A stretch of 64,000 bases of DNA from a virus. Positions within the stretch are counted from its first letter, which is position 1. Each line of letters starts with the position of its first letter. The notes beneath the pieces are model-generated. The model was given only the letters and a program-made list of their open reading frames with translations. It was not told where the DNA came from and did no database searches. A program made the position numbers and the translations under genes. This document shows, piece after piece, positions 10,153 through 19,183 of the stretch. The stretch lies in the IMG/VR virus record IMGVR_UViG_3300030343_000012; one strand, 5' to 3'.

Positions 10153-10478
10153 TCTTCGAGTTTTAATTCTTTTAAATACTTAGTGTAGTAATCTAATAAT
10201 TTATCCTTAGCCACTTCTTCTATTTGTCTAGAGAGATCATTTTGAGACACATTATCTATAACATCTTGTTCTACATCAAAATTTTGCACAAAAGCATCAT
10301 ACCACTCATCTGGTTCACAAAAAATGTCATCTACTATATCTCTAGCAGTAACAGCCTTTTCATAAACGGTTTTGATATAATCACCATCTATATAGTTTTT
10401 AAACCATTCTATTATAGATTCTACATTATAACTATATTCACTAGCTATACTTATACTCTTTTGATATACAAAATACAT
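10146..10478 (-). CDS. hypothetical protein
   Basis: ORF in the array. Confidence 0.5.
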   Translation of the reverse strand: MYFVYQKSISIASEYSYNVESIIEWFKNYIDGDYIKTVYEKAVTARDIVDDIFCEPDEWYDAFVQNFDVEQDVIDNVSQNDLSRQIEEVAKDKLLDYYTKYLKELKLEEW

Positions 10479-10479
10479 A

Positions 10480-10794
10480 TTAATATGGTTTAAATTGCTG
10501 TTTTACTAACTTACCTTCATTATATTCAAGAGTTCGTTCACCTTCTTCTGAATTATCAGGCTCATCTCCTTCATAATAATATTTACCATCTTTGAAAAAT
10601 ACTTCATCTTCTACGATAGTACAATTATAAGGAAGCCAATCTGCATCCCAATTTTCTTCAAAAGGTACGTAAACATCATACATTGATACAGCTTCTTTAG
10701 TGGTATAATAAACATCATCAAACCATCCAAAAGCTCTTAAATTACAAGAAATGTCAGTAATAGCACTGCCATCAAATTTTCCGTATAATTTCAT
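10480..10794 (-). CDS. hypothetical protein
   Basis: ORF in the array. Confidence 0.5.
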   Translation of the reverse strand: MKLYGKFDGSAITDISCNLRAFGWFDDVYYTTKEAVSMYDVYVPFEENWDADWLPYNCTIVEDEVFFKDGKYYYEGDEPDNSEEGERTLEYNEGKLVKQQFKPY

Positions 10795-11231
10795 TGTAAT
10801 AAAGATTTAAATATTTTGACAATAGTACTCTTTTGAGCAGTAGGGAATCTACTTTGAACATCTGCAATAACCCCTTTAGTGTCCTTAATAGTAAGAGTTG
10901 TTGCTTCCATTAATTCAGCAATAAGTTCTTCAATCTCCTGCTCTGAAGGCTCTTTAGGCATTATACCTAGAATATAACCAAGTTCTCTGGTCTCTTTAAG
11001 AGCTAAATCGTCACGACCAGCTTTCTCATAAATAGCTATAGCTTTTTCACGCTCTTTAGCCATTTTCTGTAAAACTTCTAATTCAGAAACAGGCTTTTCA
11101 GAATGCTTATTATTAATTAATGCAGCCTTAATTAATTTAGCCATTTCTAAAATGAAAGTGTTAGAAGTTTTTCTAGCACCTTCAATCAAGATGTCAACTG
11201 TTTGTTCTAGTGTCTTTTTATTATCGTTCAT
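10791..11231 (-). CDS. GatB/YqeY domain protein
   Basis: Aligns end to end, by memory, with the bacterial YqeY pattern: AALINNKHSEKPVSELEVLQKMAKEREKAIAIYEKAGRDDLALKETRELGYILGIMPKEPSEQEIEELI. Confidence 0.75.
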   Translation of the reverse strand: MNDNKKTLEQTVDILIEGARKTSNTFILEMAKLIKAALINNKHSEKPVSELEVLQKMAKEREKAIAIYEKAGRDDLALKETRELGYILGIMPKEPSEQEIEELIAELMEATTLTIKDTKGVIADVQSRFPTAQKSTIVKIFKSLLQ

Positions 11232-11394
11232 CGTTAATTGTAATATTTTTGTTAACCATCCATTCTATGTCATCTAAATTAAATCCCATAGAATCTAACC
11301 AATCATCTATAGCAGTATCATCCATATTTAACCATGGTAATTTATAAATCCAGACAGACCCATCACAATAGTCTAGTACAATTATTTCCTCCAT
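11221..11394 (-). CDS. small hypothetical acidic protein (~57 aa, MEEIIVLDYCDGSVW...)
   Basis: Minus-strand ATG at 11392-11394; the stop overlaps the downstream gene start. Confidence 0.35.
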   Translation of the reverse strand: MEEIIVLDYCDGSVWIYKLPWLNMDDTAIDDWLDSMGFNLDDIEWMVNKNITINDER

Positions 11395-11396
11395 AG

Positions 11397-11618
11397 TTAG
11401 TCAAGCTTAGATTCATAGTCATAATCTATCATAGCAGTTAAATAATTAATAGCTGCTAATTCTCCACTATGTAGACTAATCTGTTTATCGTTAATTGTTA
11501 TATCCCAACCTTCTCCATTAGCCCATTCTGTTACTACTATATAATCAGAATTTAGACCATATGTAAAGTTACGTAGAGAACAATTAACTGATTTAAGCTG
11601 TTTTCTTTCCACACTCAT
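11397..11618 (-). CDS. hypothetical protein
   Basis: ORF in the array. Confidence 0.5.
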   Translation of the reverse strand: MSVERKQLKSVNCSLRNFTYGLNSDYIVVTEWANGEGWDITINDKQISLHSGELAAINYLTAMIDYDYESKLD

Positions 11619-11661
11619 ATATAGAAAAAGGAGACCTAGTTACCTAAGTCTCCTTAACCAT

Positions 11662-11892
11662 TTATAAATTATTTTCTAAATAATCTAAAATATTTTGATA
11701 GGTAGAATCATCTATTTGCATACCAACTTCACCTACCAAATTACATATACAAGATTCTAGATATTCAAGTCCTTTGTCAGTTTCTAAATAGTCTAAAATC
11801 TCATCTATGCTTTTATTTTGAAATTCTTGATTGATAAAGTCTCTTAGAGCTTCTTCATCAAGTGTTTCTTCTTTAACTAATGTTATTTCCAT
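11662..11892 (-). CDS. hypothetical acidic protein
   Basis: ORF in the array. Confidence 0.5.
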   Translation of the reverse strand: MEITLVKEETLDEEALRDFINQEFQNKSIDEILDYLETDKGLEYLESCICNLVGEVGMQIDDSTYQNILDYLENNL

Positions 11893-12146
11893 TATTTACT
11901 AAGTAATTCCTTTATCTTATTAGCTGGAACTGCTCCAGATAATCTACCTACTTCTACTCCATCTTTTAAATAGATAAGAGTAGGCATATTTCTAATCTGA
12001 TACTTTAGTGTTTTCTGCTCTTCAATCTCGCAATCTACTATTGTTAATTTAACGTCAGGAAAATCCTTGAGTACATTATCCAATGTAGGTTTAAGAGCTT
12101 TACACTGACCACACCACTCTGCTTCAAACTTTAATAACTCTTTCAT
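11892..12146 (-). CDS. thioredoxin/glutaredoxin-like redoxin (likely electron donor for NrdD)
   Basis: WCGQCK (CxxC) active site; 84 aa with a thioredoxin-fold layout. Confidence 0.75.
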   Translation of the reverse strand: MKELLKFEAEWCGQCKALKPTLDNVLKDFPDVKLTIVDCEIEEQKTLKYQIRNMPTLIYLKDGVEVGRLSGAVPANKIKELLSK

Positions 12147-12167
12147 TAAAAATCAATTTCTGTCATA

Positions 12168-12434
12168 TTAATAATTTATTTCAATAATACTACCAATATC
12201 ATCAACGCTAAAATCATCTACATTCACTCGTCCTTCATCCCAAAGCCATTCTTTTTGTTCTTTTAAAGACAAAGATTTAAATTTCTCAAAATCTTTATCA
12301 TTCAATTCCATTTCTAAATGACCCATTCTTAAATAACCTTGGACATAATCAAGATCCCCGTAAATTGTATGCATATTAAAGATTTGGTTTATATGTAAAG
12401 CTTCTATCCCCACTCTTATACTTACGTATTGCAA
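12168..12434 (-). CDS. hypothetical protein (true start probably the internal Met at ~12374)
   Basis: The listed ORF overlaps the nrdD 3' end by 59 bp. The internal MHTIYGD start would abut the nrdD stop instead. Confidence 0.4.
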   Translation of the reverse strand: MQYVSIRVGIEALHINQIFNMHTIYGDLDYVQGYLRMGHLEMELNDKDFEKFKSLSLKEQKEWLWDEGRVNVDDFSVDDIGSIIEINY

Positions 12435-14559
12435 ATTCTAGCTGTCTAGGATTACTCCAATTGTCTACACATACAAGATAACCAATAATTCTAGTATAAT
12501 ATTTAATGTGTCTGCAATGACAAATAGGACACTCGTCAATAGGAGCATTTACTACATGTCCGCATTCTCTACATTGGGACATTGGAATGTTAAATGTGAA
12601 ATAACTAGTACCTTCATCTTTAGCTACATCTAATAGGTGTAAATACTGTTGTTTACTCAAATGAGCATCAAGATTTGCATGAAGAGCTTGTCCTCCATCA
12701 CAATACTGAGCTATTCCTCTACCATGAAGCTTAAATTTATCAAGAATAGAGGTCTCATCCCATGGATTATAGAAATAACAATTATACAGATTCTGGTTTT
12801 CGGGTACTGCATAACCATCTTTCTTATCCCAATTATAGAGTTTTACACCCAATCCTTCTCCTGGGATAGCTTCACTATTAAATAGGAAGGGTCTCTTGCT
12901 ATCGTGGATAGAGTTTTTCTTATTTTCTTCTTTAACAGTACCAAATACTAATTTAAGAAAATTCTTATATGCCTCATTATTAGATACAGGTAGGCACAAG
13001 AATTGTGCAGCTTCACAATAACCTATCAATCCAATAGTAGAATACAATTTACGCATATAAATATATCCTGCATTACAATCAGAGAACATTTTAGCGTCTT
13101 CCATTTCGTAAAGCATTGTCTTATATGCAATATGATACTTGTATACTCTTTCAAGAATTGGAATTAAGTATTGTTTAAACTTATTTGCCCATTCCTCACC
13201 AGAATCCAATTCATCAGGAGTTAAAGGTGATTTTATCCAATCCTGAACAATTCTGTTAATATTAAGGGTAATTACATTACAAGAACCTGTCATAACTCCG
13301 GTCATACCTGTAGTAGAACTAAAAGTATTATCAGACATTTCATTTAAGACTCTACAACATGATGCTAAAGATGTAGGATTGTCACTAGTATAGCAGAAGA
13401 AACTTCCACCTTTAGCCCACTCTTCAGCACATAACTCTTTATATTCTGGATCCAGATATTCTTTACCATTATGTACAAGAGCCATAGTAGTTACTGGGAA
13501 TGTAAGAGGTTTAATTAACCTAATCTCTCTTAAAAGTTGCATAAAGATTCTCTGCAACTTATCTATGGCATTCCATTCAGGCTGTGTTCCATCAGGATAA
13601 TAAAATTCTCCAAAGAGTGATTTAAAATATATTTTATCATAAAAAGAAACATTAGAGAAAGGTGAATTGTAGCTTCTATTGCCTGCAGGTTGATTAACTC
13701 CATAAATAAACTGCTTCATACCCTTTCGGATATAATGTCCAACAGTATACTGATGCAGAAAGTGAGAATTAGTTACAACTTCATCCACCTTCTCATACCA
13801 TACAGGTCCAAACTCTTGAATTACATAATAATTAAGAGCTATAAAATAATCACCGAGAGCAACAGCTCCTTTACACTGAGAACTAAACAAAAACACAGCA
13901 TTAGTTACCTGACCACTAAAAGATTGAATATCATTTGGGGCGCTAGGAGTAACTCCATCAATATTACCCACACCTTCAAGCATTAAGGGATACAATGTAA
14001 CTGCTTTACAATAAGGTTTAAGTACTGGAGTACTTGCCTCATCATGAGTATAGATAATATGATTCTCCAAATCCTTAATATACTGTCTTCCAAGTTCTTG
14101 ACCTGGATACAATTTATTAAGTTTATCTTTCATTCGTTGTCTTTGAATAATTCTATTGGTTACTTTATATACTTCACCCTCAAGATTAGCTACATTCTTA
14201 GAAGCAACATTAGCATTAGCATCAGTTTCCGAAGAAGTGGATGCATTTACACCAGAATCTTTATAAGTGTCCATGTAATTAAGTCTACTTCTAATAAATC
14301 TAGCTTTCTTGTGTTCTTCTCTATAAATGGAATAAGCTCTAGCTACATCAAAATATTCGTAATTATATAAAGTCTCTTCTACTTCATCTTGAATTTCTTC
14401 TACAGTGATATTATCCCAGAATCTCATTTCTGAAACCATATCCCGAATAACATTTTCAACAGAAGTATAACCACAAGCTTTAAATGCTTTAGTTAAAGCA
14501 TTAAATATTTTATCTGCATTAAACTCTTCCTTTGTTCCGTCTCTTTTTATAATGACCAT
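12376..14559 (-). CDS. nrdD: anaerobic ribonucleoside-triphosphate reductase (class III)
   Basis: N-terminal ATP-cone (VIIKRDGTKEEFNADKIFNAL), C-terminal zinc ribbon (CRECGHVV...CPICHC) and glycyl-radical motif RIIGYLV are present. Length 727 aa. Confidence 0.9.
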   Translation of the reverse strand: MVIIKRDGTKEEFNADKIFNALTKAFKACGYTSVENVIRDMVSEMRFWDNITVEEIQDEVEETLYNYEYFDVARAYSIYREEHKKARFIRSRLNYMDTYKDSGVNASTSSETDANANVASKNVANLEGEVYKVTNRIIQRQRMKDKLNKLYPGQELGRQYIKDLENHIIYTHDEASTPVLKPYCKAVTLYPLMLEGVGNIDGVTPSAPNDIQSFSGQVTNAVFLFSSQCKGAVALGDYFIALNYYVIQEFGPVWYEKVDEVVTNSHFLHQYTVGHYIRKGMKQFIYGVNQPAGNRSYNSPFSNVSFYDKIYFKSLFGEFYYPDGTQPEWNAIDKLQRIFMQLLREIRLIKPLTFPVTTMALVHNGKEYLDPEYKELCAEEWAKGGSFFCYTSDNPTSLASCCRVLNEMSDNTFSSTTGMTGVMTGSCNVITLNINRIVQDWIKSPLTPDELDSGEEWANKFKQYLIPILERVYKYHIAYKTMLYEMEDAKMFSDCNAGYIYMRKLYSTIGLIGYCEAAQFLCLPVSNNEAYKNFLKLVFGTVKEENKKNSIHDSKRPFLFNSEAIPGEGLGVKLYNWDKKDGYAVPENQNLYNCYFYNPWDETSILDKFKLHGRGIAQYCDGGQALHANLDAHLSKQQYLHLLDVAKDEGTSYFTFNIPMSQCRECGHVVNAPIDECPICHCRHIKYYTRIIGYLVCVDNWSNPRQLEFAIRKYKSGDRSFTYKPNL

Positions 14560-14918
14560 ACATTCTTTTTATTCATTAATTTTTTAGCATCTGAAGATAA
14601 TTTATCTGGATTATAGTTATCTAAATTTATTGTAAAATTAATGAGTTTAAAATTATCAGCGACTTTATCATTTATGAGTCTTTTAACTAACTCAATTAAA
14701 GTTTCTTCAGAATACTCACTACCCTTAGCACTTTTAACTATTGTAGTATTATCAATAGTATTAAACAATGCCCAGGGAATAGCTTCTCCACATGTATAAG
14801 CTATGTAACCAACAGCATCGTTACCTTTATAAGGTATGACTATACCTGTAATTTCATTGTCAATAGCACCTAAATCAATAGCATCAGAGGTTTCACTTGG
14901 CAATATAATATCTTTCAT
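14547..14918 (-). CDS. hypothetical protein
   Basis: ORF in the array. Confidence 0.5.
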   Translation of the reverse strand: MKDIILPSETSDAIDLGAIDNEITGIVIPYKGNDAVGYIAYTCGEAIPWALFNTIDNTTIVKSAKGSEYSEETLIELVKRLINDKVADNFKLINFTINLDNYNPDKLSSDAKKLMNKKNVWSL

Positions 14919-14923
14919 ACTAT

Positions 14924-15565
14924 TTATTTTAAAGACTCTAAAAATTCATCTACAGCAGGATATTCATCATCATAGATAATATCATCAATCTTGAAATCCT
15001 TAATAGCAAAATCAGGTCTTCCATGAGATTGCCAATACTTTGTTACATACTCAGCATTAGAATTAGGACTTCCCACCATTAAAGCCATAGTCATATCGAA
15101 CTGATTAGACTCTCTAGAATGTCCACAATAAAAATTCTGACACTTTTTAATATGCTCTAGACACTTATCAGTAGCTTCCTTACCAATCAAGGTATCTAAT
15201 GCTGGGACCTTTTTATAATCTCTATAAGCAGGTCTATCCTTAGTGGCAGGTTTATAATCGTCTTCCGTGCCCCCTTTAACTAGATAATCTATTAGTAATT
15301 CAAAAGTGTCATTCCAATTATCAGTAATTCCATAAGCATCTTTATATATGTCTCTCAGATAGATAAAATTCTTTTCTGACAAATAGTGTTTCTTATATAG
15401 AGGATCTTCTTTAGAATCTTTATATCCATCTGCAATAAGCTTATCTAAATCTATAGCTGGTTGAGCCCATTTATACATTTCAACCAAGCATTTATGAATT
15501 GCCTCATTTAAAATATCACTTCTAGTTAACATATAGTTTCTATTTTTCCACGATTTGATGCTCAT
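14924..15565 (-). CDS. hypothetical protein
   Basis: ORF in the array. Confidence 0.5.
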   Translation of the reverse strand: MSIKSWKNRNYMLTRSDILNEAIHKCLVEMYKWAQPAIDLDKLIADGYKDSKEDPLYKKHYLSEKNFIYLRDIYKDAYGITDNWNDTFELLIDYLVKGGTEDDYKPATKDRPAYRDYKKVPALDTLIGKEATDKCLEHIKKCQNFYCGHSRESNQFDMTMALMVGSPNSNAEYVTKYWQSHGRPDFAIKDFKIDDIIYDDEYPAVDEFLESLK

Positions 15566-17083
15566 CTAGTTACTTCCTTTAACTGTACCCATTAACATAT
15601 CATCTTCTGTAACTACAGAATAATTAATACTCCATTTAGTATGCCCAAAATTAGCAACAATATAATTACTACTTCCATACATACTGCCTACTGAAATATA
15701 ATCAAACTGTTTGCCTGTGGTATAGGCATAGTTATGCAAATCACCCTTTACTACATAGATATATTTATTACTGATATTCTGTTCTGCTATATAGTTAGCA
15801 AAATATAATTCAGTTTGAGGATTAAGTGTAAGTGGAAATTGGCGAGACTGATTGTTATTGTCTTTGCCGTGCATGAAAATCCATGAATGTTTACCAATAG
15901 TGAAATGGTCAATGGGAAAGTTACTAATGAAACTCTTAACCCCTTCATTAGCTAAATATGCAGCTAATAACTTATTATTTAACCATCCCCAATTACCATC
16001 ATGATTACTCTCACCTATACAGAGATAATTAAACTCGTCACTCTTTATATTAGATTTAAGAGACTTAAAGAACTCCATCATACACTCTATATAAGTCTCA
16101 CTAATTTCTTTATCATCCATAACTTCAGGGAGTTGATGTCCACCTCTAGTAGTTTCTTTATTATAACCATCAATAGAATCACCAAGATTAACTACATAAA
16201 CTGCTCCATAGGACTGCCCAGCAAATGTCTGTACAATCTTAGTTAGTCTAGCCTTAATCTCCTCTTTATCATAATTAGGAAGAGTTACAAAACTACTATA
16301 CTTAGCATTATAAGCTCCAATATGTAAATCAGACAACCATATAATTAATACTGGATATGTTGGATTACTGCTATTAATGTTAACTGGAAACTCTTTATAG
16401 TCTTTATTAGTTTCTTTAATTAATTGAATTAGTTTCTCCTCACTAATGGAACTTTTCATTTGTTCTTTAGTGAGTTTAATAACTAGTTGTTTGAGGTCTC
16501 TTACCTCATTCTTTTCCACAGCTTTTAAGAAATCATTCTCCTTCTCTCTAAGTTGCATTTCCTGAAGTTCTTCTGGTGTATGCTCTTCAATTACATGAGG
16601 AGCAAATGGACTAGAAGCTTTAGTTATATTAAAAGCACGTAAGATTCTCTTAAAATCAACTAAAGAATAATCAGGAAAATGTCTACTTACTTGTCGCTGT
16701 GTGAGACTAGAACCATAATAAGAATAAAGTCTATAGATAAGATTCATTTCATCTCTAGTTAAGGCTCCTATTACAGGGGTCTTATCACGACGAAATACCT
16801 TAAATCTATAACTAACTATTGTGCCATCTTCATTACGAATCTGTTCAGTCTCAGCTCTTTCATCAGTATCAATATGCTCTACAGAATTACCTGTAGGCTT
16901 CTTTACAGAATCATATAGAGAAATAATATCTTCATCTTTACCAATACTACGAGTATATTTAATAGTATTCATTAAAGTGCTATAATTATAGTTTTTTGCA
17001 ATACAAGCTGCTTTTACACTACAATTATTCTCTTTAGCATAGTTCAATACTTTCTCAATACGATTTCTGGTTTCCTTTTTCAT
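15566..17083 (-). CDS. metallophosphoesterase-domain protein (possible Mre11/SbcD-like nuclease) with an N-terminal extension
   Basis: Motifs VVNLGDSIDG, GESNHDGN, MHGKD and GDLHNYAY in the C-terminal half. Confidence 0.45.
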   Translation of the reverse strand: MKKETRNRIEKVLNYAKENNCSVKAACIAKNYNYSTLMNTIKYTRSIGKDEDIISLYDSVKKPTGNSVEHIDTDERAETEQIRNEDGTIVSYRFKVFRRDKTPVIGALTRDEMNLIYRLYSYYGSSLTQRQVSRHFPDYSLVDFKRILRAFNITKASSPFAPHVIEEHTPEELQEMQLREKENDFLKAVEKNEVRDLKQLVIKLTKEQMKSSISEEKLIQLIKETNKDYKEFPVNINSSNPTYPVLIIWLSDLHIGAYNAKYSSFVTLPNYDKEEIKARLTKIVQTFAGQSYGAVYVVNLGDSIDGYNKETTRGGHQLPEVMDDKEISETYIECMMEFFKSLKSNIKSDEFNYLCIGESNHDGNWGWLNNKLLAAYLANEGVKSFISNFPIDHFTIGKHSWIFMHGKDNNNQSRQFPLTLNPQTELYFANYIAEQNISNKYIYVVKGDLHNYAYTTGKQFDYISVGSMYGSSNYIVANFGHTKWSINYSVVTEDDMLMGTVKGSN

Positions 17084-17138
17084 TGTTAAATGTTTAAATA
17101 AGCTATTAAGCCGTTAAAAATATAATCTATTTATAAAC

Positions 17139-17145
17139 ATCTAAT
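17139..17145 (-). promoter_or_regulatory. ATCTAAT motif upstream of the 17083 start
   Basis: Same 7-mer as at 7375-7399, 56 bp upstream of the start codon. Confidence 0.25.
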
Positions 17146-17197
17146 CATTACTGAATCTATATTATATTTTATTATTTAGCTAATTCCAAATATTTTC

Positions 17198-17974
17198 TTA
17201 TTTAATACCTAGAATCTCTTTAACTAAATAAATCTTCTCAAATTTATTAACTATATCCCTACCCTTATCATGAGTAATGATGTCTGTAAATGCCTGATAA
17301 GCATCGAACATACAAATATCCTCATTATTAGGTACAAAATAGTCAGACTTCTCGTCAATTACTAATTTTTTATAAGCATCAATAGCTGTAGATTCTGCCA
17401 ACTTTACAGTACCAAATCCCGAATTAAATTTGCTACTAATACAATTATCTACCCAATGTCCCAAATTGTCATAGAGTTCATTTCTCTTAATATATGTATT
17501 AGCTAAATTTTCCAGCATCACCTTTGTATTATCAGTCATTTCCATAACTTGATTTACAAAGGTATATTCCATAGCTGTTTCAGGTTCTAATTCTCTAACT
17601 TGCAGCATATTTGGAGAAAATACACACATATTTAAACAAGCACTACGTACTGCATTTTGAAATATCTTATATACTGGTTTACGGGTATCTAAAGCATACA
17701 GAAGACTAACTGACTGAGTGTGACCCTCATAAGCATATTCTCCTGGAAGTTGTGCTTCTACCCACACTCTATTATATACGATATTTTCAAAATTAACTTC
17801 ACCATCATTAGTTAGACTAATTTGATCTGCGGGTTTAACCTGAATTTCAAACTTGTCTGTAAATTTAGACATTCTGTCTATAAATGGCATTACATACTGC
17901 TCAGTCGTAAAATATTCCTTTTCTTTAATTCTAGTGGCTTTTCCTGAATAAAGTTGCTCTAAAGTTACTTGCAT
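17198..17974 (-). CDS. hypothetical protein
   Basis: ORF in the array. Confidence 0.5.
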   Translation of the reverse strand: MQVTLEQLYSGKATRIKEKEYFTTEQYVMPFIDRMSKFTDKFEIQVKPADQISLTNDGEVNFENIVYNRVWVEAQLPGEYAYEGHTQSVSLLYALDTRKPVYKIFQNAVRSACLNMCVFSPNMLQVRELEPETAMEYTFVNQVMEMTDNTKVMLENLANTYIKRNELYDNLGHWVDNCISSKFNSGFGTVKLAESTAIDAYKKLVIDEKSDYFVPNNEDICMFDAYQAFTDIITHDKGRDIVNKFEKIYLVKEILGIK

Positions 17975-18025
17975 TTAATTTAATTACTTAATTATTTAAA
18001 GTAATCTAGCTATTAATGTATCTAA

Positions 18026-18062
18026 AGAAAAAAAGGTGACTATCCTCACGGACAATCACCTT
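18026..18062 (-). terminator. rho-independent terminator (7-bp stem AAGGTGA/TCACCTT followed by a T7 run on the minus strand)
   Basis: Hairpin aaggtga-N16-tcacctt is read on the minus strand followed by TTTTTTT, immediately downstream of CDS 18102..18683. Confidence 0.7.
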
Positions 18063-18101
18063 ACTTAATTCTAACAGCAATGTTAGTTACCCAATATATT
18101 A

Positions 18102-18683
18102 TTATGCATTCTCAATACCAAAAGCAATGTATGAACCTGGCTTAGTATTCTTAGAAGGAGTATACTTAGCTGTAGCTACAACTGCATTACCCTCTACTAC
18201 ATCCTTTGTCTTTACCAACTTAGCATCACCTCTAAATGCACCGCTCTTATAGAGTTCCTTGATAGCATTCTTAGCATCAGCCTTATTAGTATCAACCTGA
18301 CATACTGTCTTACCTTCAGCGTCAATCCACTTATACATTGACTTAAACTTTCTCTTACCCTCGCTCTTTACATCTTCAATCTTATATGGACGCTCACGAG
18401 TGTCACCAATAGCAGCCTCTACTACAATAATGTAACCAGCACCTGGACAGCTCTTACCTTTCTTCTCCAAATAATCCAACTTAAATGCCTTGTCGTCACG
18501 CTCTGTCCAAACACCCTGATGCTTAGCCTTTGCGTTCTTGTAAGCCTGAGTTGCATCACCGTTAATATGGAAATACTGCTCTTCAATGTTTGCGATTGCT
18601 ACATCCTTAGACTCTGCTGATACTGCTACACTCTTAAAATTCAAAACCTTTGTACTCATAATTATTAAATCCTTATTAAACAT
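18102..18683 (-). CDS. Lys-rich hypothetical protein, probably highly expressed
   Basis: A long upstream intergenic region and a strong intrinsic terminator flank it as a monocistronic unit. Confidence 0.55.
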   Translation of the reverse strand: MFNKDLIIMSTKVLNFKSVAVSAESKDVAIANIEEQYFHINGDATQAYKNAKAKHQGVWTERDDKAFKLDYLEKKGKSCPGAGYIIVVEAAIGDTRERPYKIEDVKSEGKRKFKSMYKWIDAEGKTVCQVDTNKADAKNAIKELYKSGAFRGDAKLVKTKDVVEGNAVVATAKYTPSKNTKPGSYIAFGIENA

Positions 18684-18835
18684 TAATCATTTTCATGTCA
18701 TCTACGAAATACTTATCTAAAATCAGTTTTCTTGACTGATGTAAACAACAATAATCCATTTAGGAAATTATCCAAGGATTATAGTGTTAATTAATGTTAA
18801 TCTAAATAATTGTACAAATTTTTGATAAAATATTA

Positions 18836-19183
18836 TCAAAATGGTACATAAGAATCTAATAATTTTTTAAGCTGTTTTGGCATATTTTTGAGAGGCACTC
18901 CATAGTCCGGGAAGTCTTTAACTCCATACATAAAGTCCTCACAAATAGCACCAAGTGATTTCAGAAAGGTTTCTTTTTCTTCTTTTCCGAAATCTTTTCC
19001 TACCTTTAATAAAACATCATAACAAGTAATTTCTTTGTCTTTTTTCCTGAGTTCATTAGTTATATAACAAGTTAAGGCTATTACAGCTAATTTATCACCC
19101 AAGTTACTGTTTAAAAAATGAACACTAAAGAACTTTTTATATATTGCTAGAGTCTTATCAAAGTCTAAATCTTTGAGTTCCAT
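18836..19183 (-). CDS. hypothetical protein
   Basis: ORF in the array. Confidence 0.5.
   Translation of the reverse strand: MELKDLDFDKTLAIYKKFFSVHFLNSNLGDKLAVIALTCYITNELRKKDKEITCYDVLLKVGKDFGKEEKETFLKSLGAICEDFMYGVKDFPDYGVPLKNMPKQLKKLLDSYVPF

Noticed and set aside
12168-12434. 59-bp overlap between a small ORF and the nrdD 3' end as a possible programmed overlap
   Set aside because: An internal Met (MHTIYGD) gives a start that abuts the nrdD stop, which is the simpler explanation.
18684-18835. Bacteroidetes-type promoter (-33 TTTG / -7 TAnnTTTG) upstream of 18102..18683
   Set aside because: TTTG words are present, but the spacing and the -7 element do not match convincingly by eye, and the host phylum is unknown.
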